Positions 27,650-37,468 of a stretch of DNA of 64,000 bases are shown one piece after another. The notes beneath the pieces are model-generated. The model was not told where the DNA came from, did no database searches, and saw nothing but the letters and a program-made list of their open reading frames with translations. This DNA comes from a virus. Lineage: Duplodnaviria; Caudoviricetes. Each line of letters starts with the position of its first letter. Position 1 is the stretch's first letter. The translations under genes and the position numbers were made by a program. The DNA lies in the IMG/VR virus record IMGVR_UViG_2974513674_000001, positions 1 to 64,000 of that record; one strand, written 5' to 3'.

Positions 27650-28179
27650 TGGCCGGATTAGCTGAGTGTCAGTTCAACACGAACTGCTGGATTCGAGGGC
27701 GCATGGTCGGCATGACCGGCACGTTCTCGGGTACGTTCAAAGCCGATGAGGTGGACATCATCAGCCATGCGAATATCCGCAACGGCGCGGTGACGTCCTA
27801 CCTTCAGTACAGCCGCAAGAAGCTACCTGGTGAGACAACCATTCGCGAGCTGGAGTGGACTGTGCCGGCCCAACCGATTGAGTCGGTGATCGACATCACC
27901 ATTCCATGCACGCTGCGTTTGAACGGCGGCCCGCCGGCGAACCCGAACGTCGTAGTGGTCATGCGAAACGGGGTGGAGATTGCCAGGTCGAACGTCGCTG
28001 TGGATCGAGGGCAGATTTCCCTGTTCTACTCGATCCGCTATATGGACTTCACCAACCCGGTCGGTGTCGCGTGCGTGTACAAGGTCTACATCATCCCAGC
28101 CAACACCAACGGCCAAGAGTCGCCAGGCGTGCGGTTCTGGATGAAGGGCAAAGCTCTGACTGGTATCCGCAAACGCTGA
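27649..28179 (+). CDS. free-standing J C-terminal-like module 3
   Basis: CQFNTNCWIRG...GTFSGTFKAD...NIRNGAVT; TAATG coupling. Confidence 0.75.
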   Translation: MAGLAECQFNTNCWIRGRMVGMTGTFSGTFKADEVDIISHANIRNGAVTSYLQYSRKKLPGETTIRELEWTVPAQPIESVIDITIPCTLRLNGGPPANPNVVVVMRNGVEIARSNVAVDRGQISLFYSIRYMDFTNPVGVACVYKVYIIPANTNGQESPGVRFWMKGKALTGIRKR

Positions 28180-28219
28180 TGTGTAAGATTCGACCATCAA
28201 CCAATCAACGAGGTCGTCC

Positions 28220-28654
28220 ATGAAGGGTACGATTTACAACAAGATCACTGGTGCGATCAGTAGCATCGTCCAGGGTCCAGATGAGGCTTCCATTCAGCTT
28301 CAGTGCATGTTTGACGAGAACCTGGCCGCATACATCGGCGAAGAGCTGGATGCCGGCAAGTGGTACTTCGTGAATGGTCAGCCTGTTGAGCGCCAGTCTC
28401 TGGGCATGACGTTCGACCCGCCGCGTGAAGACAGCCCCAATGGCTACGAAGACGCCCAGATCACCCTGGCGCCAGGCCAAGTTCTGACCATCACTGGAAT
28501 CCCAGTTGGCATGGAGCTGATGTACCCAGGTGGTCGAGTGGTGGTGAACGACGGCTTCATTGAGTGGAGCTGCGACACACCCGGGACGTATTACTTCCGC
28601 ATGTTCACTGACATCAAATATGAAGGGGTAGCATTCGATGCCGTCGTTAGGTAA
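28220..28654 (+). CDS. tail-tip associated protein
   Basis: GTIYNKITGAI...WYFVNGQPVER pattern seen in fibre-assembly-type proteins; GAGG RBS. Confidence 0.6.
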   Translation: MKGTIYNKITGAISSIVQGPDEASIQLQCMFDENLAAYIGEELDAGKWYFVNGQPVERQSLGMTFDPPREDSPNGYEDAQITLAPGQVLTITGIPVGMELMYPGGRVVVNDGFIEWSCDTPGTYYFRMFTDIKYEGVAFDAVVR

Positions 28655-29018
28655 GCATGACGAACTGAGCGTAACGCGGGTTCACAAGGGTCAGATCGAC
28701 GAAGCGCGCGCCAAGTACGAGTGCCACGTTGAAACCAGCAAGGGCGTTATTCAGTTCGGCACCGACTGTCAGCGCCGGATGAACGCCGTTCTGCTCACGC
28801 TCACGCCTGGTAAGGGTGACACCGTCGAATGGAAGATGGCGGACAACAGCTATGTGACCCTGACGTTTGAAGAGCTGCGCGATCTGATCAACGAGGCGCA
28901 GAACCTCGCTGGCCCTAAGCTCTTGTCAGCGTTCCAGTACGCTCAGACGCTAAAGGGTAAGCTCGAAGCTGGAGGCTTCGTCTCAGAGCGCGACATTGCG
29001 CCCGAGAAGTGGCTGTAA
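28638..29018 (+). CDS. DUF4376-like tail assembly protein
   Basis: WKMADNSYVTLTFEEL motif. Confidence 0.65.
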   Translation: MPSLGKHDELSVTRVHKGQIDEARAKYECHVETSKGVIQFGTDCQRRMNAVLLTLTPGKGDTVEWKMADNSYVTLTFEELRDLINEAQNLAGPKLLSAFQYAQTLKGKLEAGGFVSERDIAPEKWL

Positions 29019-29070
29019 CGGAAAGTCAAGCCTGGTGTACACTGTCCCCCTATTTAGGGGGACTTTTACG

Positions 29071-31137
29071 ATGACCTGGTACACCACTGGCACCATCACT
29101 CTGGTGCAGGGCAGTAACGTAGCAACGGGCACTGGCGTTGAGTGGCTGGAGACTGTCCGCTACGGCGACATCCTCCTGGTCGACGACAAGCTCTACGAGG
29201 TGACTGGCCCGATCAACGAGGTCCAGATTCAGCTTGAGCGCCCATACACCGGCGCAACCATCCAGAATCGGCCATACGCGCTGATCCGCAACATGACCAA
29301 CGCCAGCAACTTCGATCTGATGCGCAAGATCGACGAGCTGCTGGAAGAGCGGTCGAGCAGCCTCACCCAATTCACCAACTGGGCAGCCGGTTCCGCGAAC
29401 GGTGGCCCGAACGGTGACGGTCGTTACCCGCTGACCAACCGGGTTGGTGTCGTCGAGCTGGTCTACAGCCCCGCCAAGATGCAGACGATGGCCGGCATCG
29501 ACCAGTCGGAAGCGATCAACACCCTGAAGCAGCAGGTCACCACCCTCAACACCATGCTGGCCGACTACGCCGACATCAAGCAGAAGGTTGAGGCGTATGC
29601 GAACATCACTCTGGAAAGCCTGGGCGCTCAGCCAGAGAACGCCAAGCTGAACTCCATTGCCAGCCTGACCTTTGCGGGCGGTGAAATCATCGTGTCCATC
29701 AACGACACCGCATTTGCCAAATACCCGATCAGTGACCGCGGCCTGGCGTTCCTTGCAGCAGGAACCCCGAAAGACATGCGAGCTGTTATCGGTGCAGGTA
29801 CGGGCGGTGGTGCAGGAGCAGGCGGTGGTGGCGTCCCTGGGCGCCGTGTAGCGATTATCGGGACTTCTCTGTGTCAGCTTAGCGACTACGGGACAGCGAC
29901 CGAAATCTCGCACACCAGCCGCTCCTGGATTGGCTGGGCGAAGATTCTCACCGGCGGCCGACTGATGACCCCGATCTGGCACGACATGAACCTGTACCCA
30001 GGCTGGGAGCAGGGCAACAACGTGGGCAAGCCACGCGGGTTCCGCGGACTCAATGCCGGCGTGTCGAGCGACAACGCCCCGAACATCATGGATCGAGCCG
30101 CATACCTGGTGAACGAGGTCGAGTGCGACATCGTGGTCATTGATAGCGGCATCAACGACATCGGCAGCGGGCTGACTGCTGACGACATCCATAGCCTGCG
30201 CGTTCAGACAGCCGAGTACCTGATTGCCAACGGTCGCATCGTCGTGCTGCTGACCCTGCCGAGCGCCGGTGAGAACTACTACCCGGCGGGCTCGCCCCAG
30301 CGGAAGAAAGCGCAGCGCGTGAACAACCTGTCTCGTCAGTGGGCTCAAGGCAAGAAGAACCTGTACCTGTTCGACTGGGCCGAGCCGATGATCAACTTCG
30401 ACAACCCGACCGGCATCCCGAAAGACCTGTTCACTGTTGACGGTGTCCACTTCGCCCCGCGTGGTGCGTTCGCTGTGGGCAAGAAGCTCGCTGAGCTGTT
30501 CACGACCCTTCTCCCAATCGCAGAGCGTCGAGTCTGGAGCCCGGAAGACCTCTACGATGCAGCCGCCAACCCGTTCGGCAACCTGTTGCCCAACCCGTTC
30601 TGTCAGGGTGGTGCAGGTATCCTCGACGCCGGCGGCACCGGGGCGGTAGCGAACTTCTATCGCGGTGGCCTGAACAGCGGTGACGGCAACGCCGTCTACT
30701 CGAAGGTTGCAAAGCGTAGTGGTCGTGGCCAGGCCCAGCGTGTCGTCGTCACCCCTGGTACAATCGACACTCAAGCCCTGTTCCGAGTGAGCGACATCAC
30801 CCACACTCTGCCCGAAGGAACCTGGGTCCAGGGTAGCGTCGAGATTGACTGTGACGCCTGGGATGGCTTCAGGGGCATCGACTTGCAGATTCGTGACCTG
30901 GCTGCTGGCGGTCTGACCACCCGAGCTTGCAAGGTGTATGACGGTTTTCCTCACACTGCTGAAGCCTGGAGTGGCACAATCATCACCCCGCCATTCCAGA
31001 TCAAAGCCGGCGGGCAGCTTCGCTGGCGCGTAGAAATCACCGCAATCGGCGGTGCGGCAGGAAGCGGTACGGTTGAAGTAGGTGCCTGTGAGCTGCGCCC
31101 TGTGACCGATCCAAAACTCATTGTGAATGCGGAGTAA
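29071..31137 (+). CDS. tail fibre/spike 1 with SGNH esterase and C-terminal jelly-roll-like domain
   Basis: WYTTGTITL virion anchor; GTSL, NAGVS, SGIND and DGVH catalytic blocks. Confidence 0.8.
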   Translation: MTWYTTGTITLVQGSNVATGTGVEWLETVRYGDILLVDDKLYEVTGPINEVQIQLERPYTGATIQNRPYALIRNMTNASNFDLMRKIDELLEERSSSLTQFTNWAAGSANGGPNGDGRYPLTNRVGVVELVYSPAKMQTMAGIDQSEAINTLKQQVTTLNTMLADYADIKQKVEAYANITLESLGAQPENAKLNSIASLTFAGGEIIVSINDTAFAKYPISDRGLAFLAAGTPKDMRAVIGAGTGGGAGAGGGGVPGRRVAIIGTSLCQLSDYGTATEISHTSRSWIGWAKILTGGRLMTPIWHDMNLYPGWEQGNNVGKPRGFRGLNAGVSSDNAPNIMDRAAYLVNEVECDIVVIDSGINDIGSGLTADDIHSLRVQTAEYLIANGRIVVLLTLPSAGENYYPAGSPQRKKAQRVNNLSRQWAQGKKNLYLFDWAEPMINFDNPTGIPKDLFTVDGVHFAPRGAFAVGKKLAELFTTLLPIAERRVWSPEDLYDAAANPFGNLLPNPFCQGGAGILDAGGTGAVANFYRGGLNSGDGNAVYSKVAKRSGRGQAQRVVVTPGTIDTQALFRVSDITHTLPEGTWVQGSVEIDCDAWDGFRGIDLQIRDLAAGGLTTRACKVYDGFPHTAEAWSGTIITPPFQIKAGGQLRWRVEITAIGGAAGSGTVEVGACELRPVTDPKLIVNAE

Positions 31138-31139
31138 GC

Positions 31140-34001
31140 ATGGCCTGGTATAACGATGGCACTATCACCGTGACGAACGGCAGCAAAATCGTCACGGGCG
31201 TGGACACTCAGTTCCTGAGCAACATTCGCAACGGGGCGATCCTCATGATCGGCCCCAAGTTGCGGGTGATCAACGACATCATCAGCGACACCGAGCTTCA
31301 GCTTGAGGTCGAGTACGATGGCCCTACTCAGACTGGCATCGTCTACGAAATCATCCGCAACTGGCAGGACACCAGCCCGACTGAGCTTGCACGCCGGATC
31401 GACAACTTCCTGACCGACCGCCAGCGCTCGATGGACGAGTTCGTCACCTGGGTGAACGGCACCTACAACGGCGGGAAGAACAGCGACGGCAAGTACCCGC
31501 TGACTGACCGCTACGGCGTCGTTCGCCTGGTGAAGAGCCCTGCCCGGATGGAGTATGAAACCGGTGGCCCGGGTAATGGTGGCGGGACTGGCGATCTGAC
31601 CGGTGCCGGCATCTACCTGGCCAGCGCGTTCGGCGTCATGGGTGGCCTGGGCATCGACGAGACTGACAACATCAACCTGGCTCTCAAAGACCTTGAAGCC
31701 AAGGGTGGCGGCAAGCTGATCGTTCGCAGCCACAACGGTATCGACCCGATCTTCATCGACGGTCTGATCGCCATCGAGAACCACAACATTACCCTGGAGT
31801 TCGCCAGCGACATCGTCTATGGCTCGAAGGGCTGGATGCGTATCTCTGGTGGCCTGGCTGAGATTCGCCGCCCAGGGCAGACTGAGCTGCTGAAGCTCCG
31901 GGTCAAGAGCTACGCCCGCGAAGACGGTCTGATGGTTCTGCCAATGCGGGAGAACAACGGTTCGTTCCTGCAAGTCGGTGATCGAATCACCGTTCGTGGT
32001 GAGAACGACAAGAACGGCAAGGTGATCGAGAAGCAGGTGACCATCGTCAAGGAGATTATCGGAGACGACTGCATCTGCACCGACGAGCCGGACTACACCT
32101 TCGAGCCGACCTACCCTAACTCCGAGTTCCCTGACGACTGGACGACCGGTACGACTATCTCGATCAGCGTCTACTCGGCCATGACTGGCGACATCAAGAA
32201 CACCGACGTGATTCCTGTTGTAGACACAGCCGGCTTCTTCCCGGGTGACCTGGTGTACATCAGCGATGCCCGTACCGAGCGGGACGTAATGAACACCACG
32301 CCGCCGGCGAACCTGCTGTCTGCTGCGGTCATGGAAATCTGCCGTATCGCCGCCATCGAAGGCAACAACATCCGCCTTGAGCGCGCAGTCCGTCGTGAGT
32401 ACCTGACTGCCTGGTCTGCTGGTGTGACCAAGATGGACGCCATCAAGAACAGCCACATCAAGCTGCGCGGTGTGACCTGGAACGCACCACAGCCAGATCG
32501 GAAAGCGCACGGCGCCGCGATCAACTACGGCTGGGGCTGCACCGTCAAGGTCGACGAAATGCAAGGTCGCGGTGGCCGGAAAGGTATCGGTGTGCGTGTT
32601 GCCTACGCCTACGACTGCCACGTTCTGGAGTCCAAGATTTACGACGCCTTCAGCTTTGGTTCGGCCGAAGGCTACGGCATCAGCTTGTACTACTCGACCA
32701 TGTGCTCGATTCGCTTCTGCAACGCCAGCGGCAACCGTCACAACTACCTGCTTCAGACCTCGACTTCGTGTGAAATCCTCGACAACCACTCGAACGATGA
32801 CTACATCAGCGGGATCGACTTGCACGGTGCCGGCTCTGTTGACTGCCGTGTGATGCGCAACCGTTGCTCGCGCTCGAAGTCGTATGCGGACGGTGTGACC
32901 AACGGCGGCGCGATTCGTAACGGCAACACCTCGCACACCATCGGCGACCACCGCACTGTGATTGCGGACAACTACATCGAAGGCTACCTGGACACCAAGT
33001 GTGCAGCCATCGACGTGTCCCCGTCCTCGCAAGACGTGATCGTCCGCAACAACGATGTCGTGGACTGCCGCGTAGGCTTCCGTCACTACAAGATCAACAG
33101 CGGCATCAGCCCTGTTCAGCGAGCCAACCGTGTGACCCTGGAAGGGAACAACTTCACTCGGGTCGAGCAGATTCTGGACGTGAACAACTACGCCAACTCG
33201 GTCTTCGACGAGGTGATCCTGATCGGCAACAAGTCCATCGAGAACAAGCAGCACTTCGTGGTGAAGAACATCCCGAAAGTCCTGGCGATGGAGAACAAGA
33301 TCATCCGCCCAGTACCGACGGCCGGCGCGCACGCATTCGAGTTCGACGGCTGCGGTAACGTGAAGGCTTACAGCAACTACGCCGGTGAAGCTGCGCGTGC
33401 GTTCAAGATCACCGGCACCGCCTATGCGAAGCTGGTCCGCAACATGCTGGATGACTGCACCGAATCGACCGGTATCACTGACGGTGGCGGTAACGGAACT
33501 GTGATCAGCCTTCAGAACACCGACGTGCCAGCAGGTGGCGGTGGTACTGCGGCGCCGGTGAAGATGACTCGCATCGACGGCACCCTGGCTGTTAACGCAA
33601 CCAGCACCGACCCGGTGAACATCAACACCGACGTGCCGAGCATCGCAAACGGCCTGACAGCCGTTCAGGGGCAGGTAAGTGTCGCAGTCGGGAGTTTGAT
33701 CGAGGTCTACGCAATCGCCCCGTATGTGAGCATGGGCGGAACTACAGGCCCGGTGACTGCGCATCTGTGGGCAGATGGGGTTCGGGTAGCAACTTCGGTT
33801 GACCGCATCACTGCATCCGGCGGCGCAGAGAACACCGGTGGTAAAGACTTCGTCCTGGTCGGGGTGTTCTACGCCACTGAGGAAATTCTGGACCTGGTGA
33901 TGAAGATCGGCCCGAACAGCAACGCCAACACCATCATGATGAACAGCAAGTGGGGCGGCGCGAGCCAGCCATACATCATCGTTAAGGAGTACCCGCAATG
34001 A
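31140..34001 (+). CDS. tail spike 2, parallel beta-helix depolymerase
   Basis: Anchor homologous to fibre 1; FGVMGG..DETDNINLAL..GGGKL pectate-lyase-3-like start; Asn-ladder repeats. Confidence 0.8.
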   Translation: MAWYNDGTITVTNGSKIVTGVDTQFLSNIRNGAILMIGPKLRVINDIISDTELQLEVEYDGPTQTGIVYEIIRNWQDTSPTELARRIDNFLTDRQRSMDEFVTWVNGTYNGGKNSDGKYPLTDRYGVVRLVKSPARMEYETGGPGNGGGTGDLTGAGIYLASAFGVMGGLGIDETDNINLALKDLEAKGGGKLIVRSHNGIDPIFIDGLIAIENHNITLEFASDIVYGSKGWMRISGGLAEIRRPGQTELLKLRVKSYAREDGLMVLPMRENNGSFLQVGDRITVRGENDKNGKVIEKQVTIVKEIIGDDCICTDEPDYTFEPTYPNSEFPDDWTTGTTISISVYSAMTGDIKNTDVIPVVDTAGFFPGDLVYISDARTERDVMNTTPPANLLSAAVMEICRIAAIEGNNIRLERAVRREYLTAWSAGVTKMDAIKNSHIKLRGVTWNAPQPDRKAHGAAINYGWGCTVKVDEMQGRGGRKGIGVRVAYAYDCHVLESKIYDAFSFGSAEGYGISLYYSTMCSIRFCNASGNRHNYLLQTSTSCEILDNHSNDDYISGIDLHGAGSVDCRVMRNRCSRSKSYADGVTNGGAIRNGNTSHTIGDHRTVIADNYIEGYLDTKCAAIDVSPSSQDVIVRNNDVVDCRVGFRHYKINSGISPVQRANRVTLEGNNFTRVEQILDVNNYANSVFDEVILIGNKSIENKQHFVVKNIPKVLAMENKIIRPVPTAGAHAFEFDGCGNVKAYSNYAGEAARAFKITGTAYAKLVRNMLDDCTESTGITDGGGNGTVISLQNTDVPAGGGGTAAPVKMTRIDGTLAVNATSTDPVNINTDVPSIANGLTAVQGQVSVAVGSLIEVYAIAPYVSMGGTTGPVTAHLWADGVRVATSVDRITASGGAENTGGKDFVLVGVFYATEEILDLVMKIGPNSNANTIMMNSKWGGASQPYIIVKEYPQ

Positions 34002-34411
34002 GTGGTAGTAAATTTCTGACCAAGTTCACCGCCACTCAGCTTGAGCGGCGGAAGTGGGAGCTGACAGCAAAGCTCCGCCTGGTTGACGAGAAGCATGGCC
34101 CGATCACCGCAAGCCCGGGGTTCATCACGAACCTCGCGTCAATCGACGCGCTGCGCTATGTCGCACCCCTGATCTATGCGCTTCTGGTCGGCTACGGGAA
34201 CGCTAGCTGCACGATTCACGACATGCTGTATCAAGACGGGACTATCACCCGAAAAGAGTCTGACGACGTGCTGTATCGCGCCCTGCGGGCAGAGGGTGTA
34301 GCGCGCTGGCGTGCAGCCCTCTTCTGGGCAGGCGTGCGACTGTTCGGAGGGCGGTTCTACAACGACCAAGGGGCGAAACCTTTGGGTTCAGTTCAGATGG
34401 TTCAGTTGTAG
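33998..34411 (+). CDS. DUF1353 family protein
   Basis: GFITNLASI...IHDMLY...WRAALFWAGVRLFG. Confidence 0.75.
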   Translation: MSGSKFLTKFTATQLERRKWELTAKLRLVDEKHGPITASPGFITNLASIDALRYVAPLIYALLVGYGNASCTIHDMLYQDGTITRKESDDVLYRALRAEGVARWRAALFWAGVRLFGGRFYNDQGAKPLGSVQMVQL

Positions 34412-34465
34412 GCGCCTGCTGTATGATACGACTCTGCCACTTTTAAACGCTGATGGAGCCCCGAA

Positions 34466-34732
34466 ATGGCTGACATGATTGAAGATACGAGTGTTCCTAC
34501 CACCTGGGTTAACGCCCACACTATCAGTGGCATCGCCCCTGGTACGCCTATCACCATGCAGCCGGTCGGGGCATACCCAGTCCGTGCGATGATCAAGAAC
34601 GAGATTCCTGGCGAGGGTGTAGTCGCCGGCAATCGAATGCTGCCGAACACCATCTGGACCAGCTCGCTGGGCGATACGGTTTGGCTCAAAGCAGAAGGCG
34701 GGACCACCACCATCTGCATTCAGGAGGCGTAA
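34466..34732 (+). CDS. 88-aa protein, paralog A
   Basis: Collinear with 37200-37466. Confidence 0.8.
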   Translation: MADMIEDTSVPTTWVNAHTISGIAPGTPITMQPVGAYPVRAMIKNEIPGEGVVAGNRMLPNTIWTSSLGDTVWLKAEGGTTTICIQEA

Positions 34733-34735
34733 AAA

Positions 34736-37099
34736 ATGGGACTGAAACAACTTCTTCCGGGCGGTGGCTCGGGCGGTGGTGGCGGTGGTGAAGGCCCAAC
34801 CGATGAACAACTGGAGCTGATCGGCGGCATTGCCAACGACGCGAAGACTATCGCTCAGGGCGCCAAGACTGAGTCTGCTGCTGCCGCTGCGAAAGCAGAC
34901 GCTGCGAAGACTGCTGCCGACGGCTACTCCGGCCAGATCACCGCGGCGAACACCAAGTCGGACGAAGCGAAGGCTGACGCACTTGCTGCTGCCGGTAAGG
35001 CTGACACTGCTGCTGCCAAAGCTGACGCTGTAACCGCGACCGCTGACGCTGCTGCGCTCGCTGCAAGCCAGGCCGGCACCAAAGCTGATACTGCGAAGTC
35101 GACCGCCGATACCGCCAAAGCTACTGCCGACGGTCTGTCTGCCGCGGTGACTGCTGCTGGCACCAAAGCTGACGAAGCGAAGACCACTGCCGACGGCGCC
35201 GCAACCGCGGTAGCTGGTGCGGTGACCAAAGCTGACGCCGCCAAAGCCGCTGCTGACGCAGCGAGCGCTGCCGCCGGTGATCATGAGGCTCGCCTCGACT
35301 CAATCGAAGGCACCGCTGCGTCCTGGATGGTCACGATTTCCCAGGCCAGCGCTGAAGCTGCCGCGGCAAACCTGGCCGCTCAGAGCGCAAAGGACCAGGT
35401 CACCAACATGGACACCGCTCTCGTTGCGGTGGGGACCAAAGCCGACAACGCGAAGACCAGCGCTGATGCTGCGACCACCGCGGCTGCTACCGCCGGCACC
35501 AAAGCGCAGACTGCTTTGGACGCAACTGACGGCCTGGCTACTGACATCGTCGCCGCACAGGGTGTAGCTGACGCCGCACAGGCCGCTGCCGACAGCGCTC
35601 TGGTTGCTGCGAACGCTGCGAACGCCAACCTGACCGATCTGCAAAACGACGTTGTGGCTGCGCAGGACAGTATCGAGGTGAACACCTTCGACATCACCGC
35701 CCTGACTACCCGCGTGACTACCGCAGAGGCAGACATCGCAGCTCTGGAGGCTGGTGGTGGAGGTGGTGGCGGTACTGCTGGTCCGCGAGCTTTCAAGACC
35801 CTCGCTCTTTACGGCGACTCCCTGTCGGGCAACAACAGCGACCTGTCGAAGCTGTACACCCGCGGCTTCCTGACGTTCGCTCTGCAAATGTCCGATCACC
35901 GCGTCTACTTCGACTCCAGCATGAACTTCGGTGTTGGCGGCGAAGACTCGGCAGCGATCCTGGCCCGTGTGAACACCGTCATCGCCAAGAAGCCTGACAT
36001 CGTTCTGCTGGAGACTGGCGGCAACGACACCAACCGCAGCATCGCGACCGACACCACTATCGCGAACGTGAAGGCGACCGTTGAAGCCCTGGTGAACGCC
36101 GGCATCCGGGTAATCCTCTGCACGATCTACCCAACGGCCGGCACCACCAACCCGGTTCACCTGACCGCGGTAGCAAAACTGAACCAGTGGATTCTGGACG
36201 CCAAGACCCGTTACAACCTGGTCGAAGTGCTGGATGCCTACGACGTGATGTTCAACAACACCACCGGTCTGGTGAAAGTCGGCTACACCTACGACACCAC
36301 TCACCCGGCAGCCTTCGGTAGCTGGCACCTGGGGCGTAAGCTGGCCGAAATCATCAAGCAGATGGTGCCGATCAACCGTCACTTGAAGCTGACCAGCCCA
36401 TATGATGCGTTCCATGCCACTGACTTCAAGCAGGGCAACCACTTCGTCAACCCACGACTGACGGGCACCGGCGGCACCAGTACGGGCACCGGCGCAAGCG
36501 GCACGATCCCAAACAACTGGATCGTTCGGATGGATGAAGCCCGGGGTGCGACCGTATCCTGCGCAGTGGTGGCAGATGACAACGGGTTCAACGTGCTGGA
36601 AATCACCCTGGGTGGCACCATCACTGCGGGCGCGCTGAACAACTGGGCCAACTACGGTCACATCTACATCGGCGAAGTGATGGGCAGCGATGCCAACACC
36701 ACCTGGAACAGCACGCCGCAGGGTTCGTACCTGCGCAACACTGCTACGTTCAAGTCGGTGACTCTGGAAGCAGAGGTCGAGAACCTGGTCGGTGTCGTTG
36801 CGGTAGGTTCGGAGATTTTCCACCTGTCTAACGGTGGCACCAGCAAGCCGATGCACGGTGACGGCCTGCTGACCCAGAACGTGTCCACTCCGAACACCAT
36901 CCCTGGCTCTCTGGCGTACCCAACTGAAGCGACTCCGCAGAAGTTGACCCTGCACAACGAGCCAGAGACTCACACCGGTGTGGCCAACGGCTACCGCTTC
37001 GGTCTGCACATCAGCCTGCTCCCAGGTACTGCTGTCAGCGGCAAGATTCGCATCCAACGGCCTGCCATGCGGGCATACGAAGCGAAGTTGGTCGTATAA
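34736..37099 (+). CDS. fibre-like protein: Ala-rich coiled-coil stalk plus SGNH esterase
   Basis: KADAA heptads; GDSL, NFGVGG, GGND and DTTH blocks. Confidence 0.8.
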   Translation: MGLKQLLPGGGSGGGGGGEGPTDEQLELIGGIANDAKTIAQGAKTESAAAAAKADAAKTAADGYSGQITAANTKSDEAKADALAAAGKADTAAAKADAVTATADAAALAASQAGTKADTAKSTADTAKATADGLSAAVTAAGTKADEAKTTADGAATAVAGAVTKADAAKAAADAASAAAGDHEARLDSIEGTAASWMVTISQASAEAAAANLAAQSAKDQVTNMDTALVAVGTKADNAKTSADAATTAAATAGTKAQTALDATDGLATDIVAAQGVADAAQAAADSALVAANAANANLTDLQNDVVAAQDSIEVNTFDITALTTRVTTAEADIAALEAGGGGGGGTAGPRAFKTLALYGDSLSGNNSDLSKLYTRGFLTFALQMSDHRVYFDSSMNFGVGGEDSAAILARVNTVIAKKPDIVLLETGGNDTNRSIATDTTIANVKATVEALVNAGIRVILCTIYPTAGTTNPVHLTAVAKLNQWILDAKTRYNLVEVLDAYDVMFNNTTGLVKVGYTYDTTHPAAFGSWHLGRKLAEIIKQMVPINRHLKLTSPYDAFHATDFKQGNHFVNPRLTGTGGTSTGTGASGTIPNNWIVRMDEARGATVSCAVVADDNGFNVLEITLGGTITAGALNNWANYGHIYIGEVMGSDANTTWNSTPQGSYLRNTATFKSVTLEAEVENLVGVVAVGSEIFHLSNGGTSKPMHGDGLLTQNVSTPNTIPGSLAYPTEATPQKLTLHNEPETHTGVANGYRFGLHISLLPGTAVSGKIRIQRPAMRAYEAKLVV

Positions 37100-37113
37100 C
37101 CGACGAGAAGTAG

Positions 37114-37141
37114 AGAAAGGGCCAAATGGCCCTTTTTCTTT
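37114..37141 (+). terminator. intrinsic terminator
   Basis: AAAGGGCC-AAAT-GGCCCTTT followed by TTCTTT. Confidence 0.75.
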
Positions 37142-37199
37142 GGCGTCAGCGAATTGCTATACTGAGCCACATATTTCGTAACCCAATTGAGGAACAGAA

Positions 37200-37466
37200 A
37201 TGGCTGACATGATTGACGACACGGTAGTCACTGAAGTTTGGGTTAACGCCCACACCGCCACCGGCATTGCTGCTGGCAAACCATTGCTGCTCCAGAACAA
37301 AGGCCCGTTCAACGCGCTCATGTTCATCGGCGCAGTTCAACCCGGTGCCGGCTCCCTCAAGGGCTTCCGCGTGACCAATGACCGTGAGTGGGTTTCTGAC
37401 GAGGGCGATACCGTCTGGGTCAGGTCTGAGAACGATCAGTCCACCATGTGCATCCAGGAGGCTTAA
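37200..37466 (+). CDS. 88-aa protein, paralog B
   Basis: Collinear with 34466-34732. Confidence 0.8.
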   Translation: MADMIDDTVVTEVWVNAHTATGIAAGKPLLLQNKGPFNALMFIGAVQPGAGSLKGFRVTNDREWVSDEGDTVWVRSENDQSTMCIQEA

Positions 37467-37468
37467 TT

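Noticed and set aside
26539-28179. Tail-tip modules as an invertible shufflon or a diversity-generating retroelement target
   Set aside because: All in the same orientation; no invertase or reverse transcriptase in the window; no near-identical DNA repeats seen
34730-34738. In-frame TAA-AAA-ATG suggesting read-through fusion of the adapter to the fibre
   Set aside because: The paralogous junction (37464-37471) is out of frame, and both downstream genes have an AGGAGG RBS
34860-35620. Repetitive GCT/GCC/AAAGCTGAC DNA as a mobile or tandem repeat element
   Set aside because: Explained by the Ala-rich heptad coding of the fibre stalk
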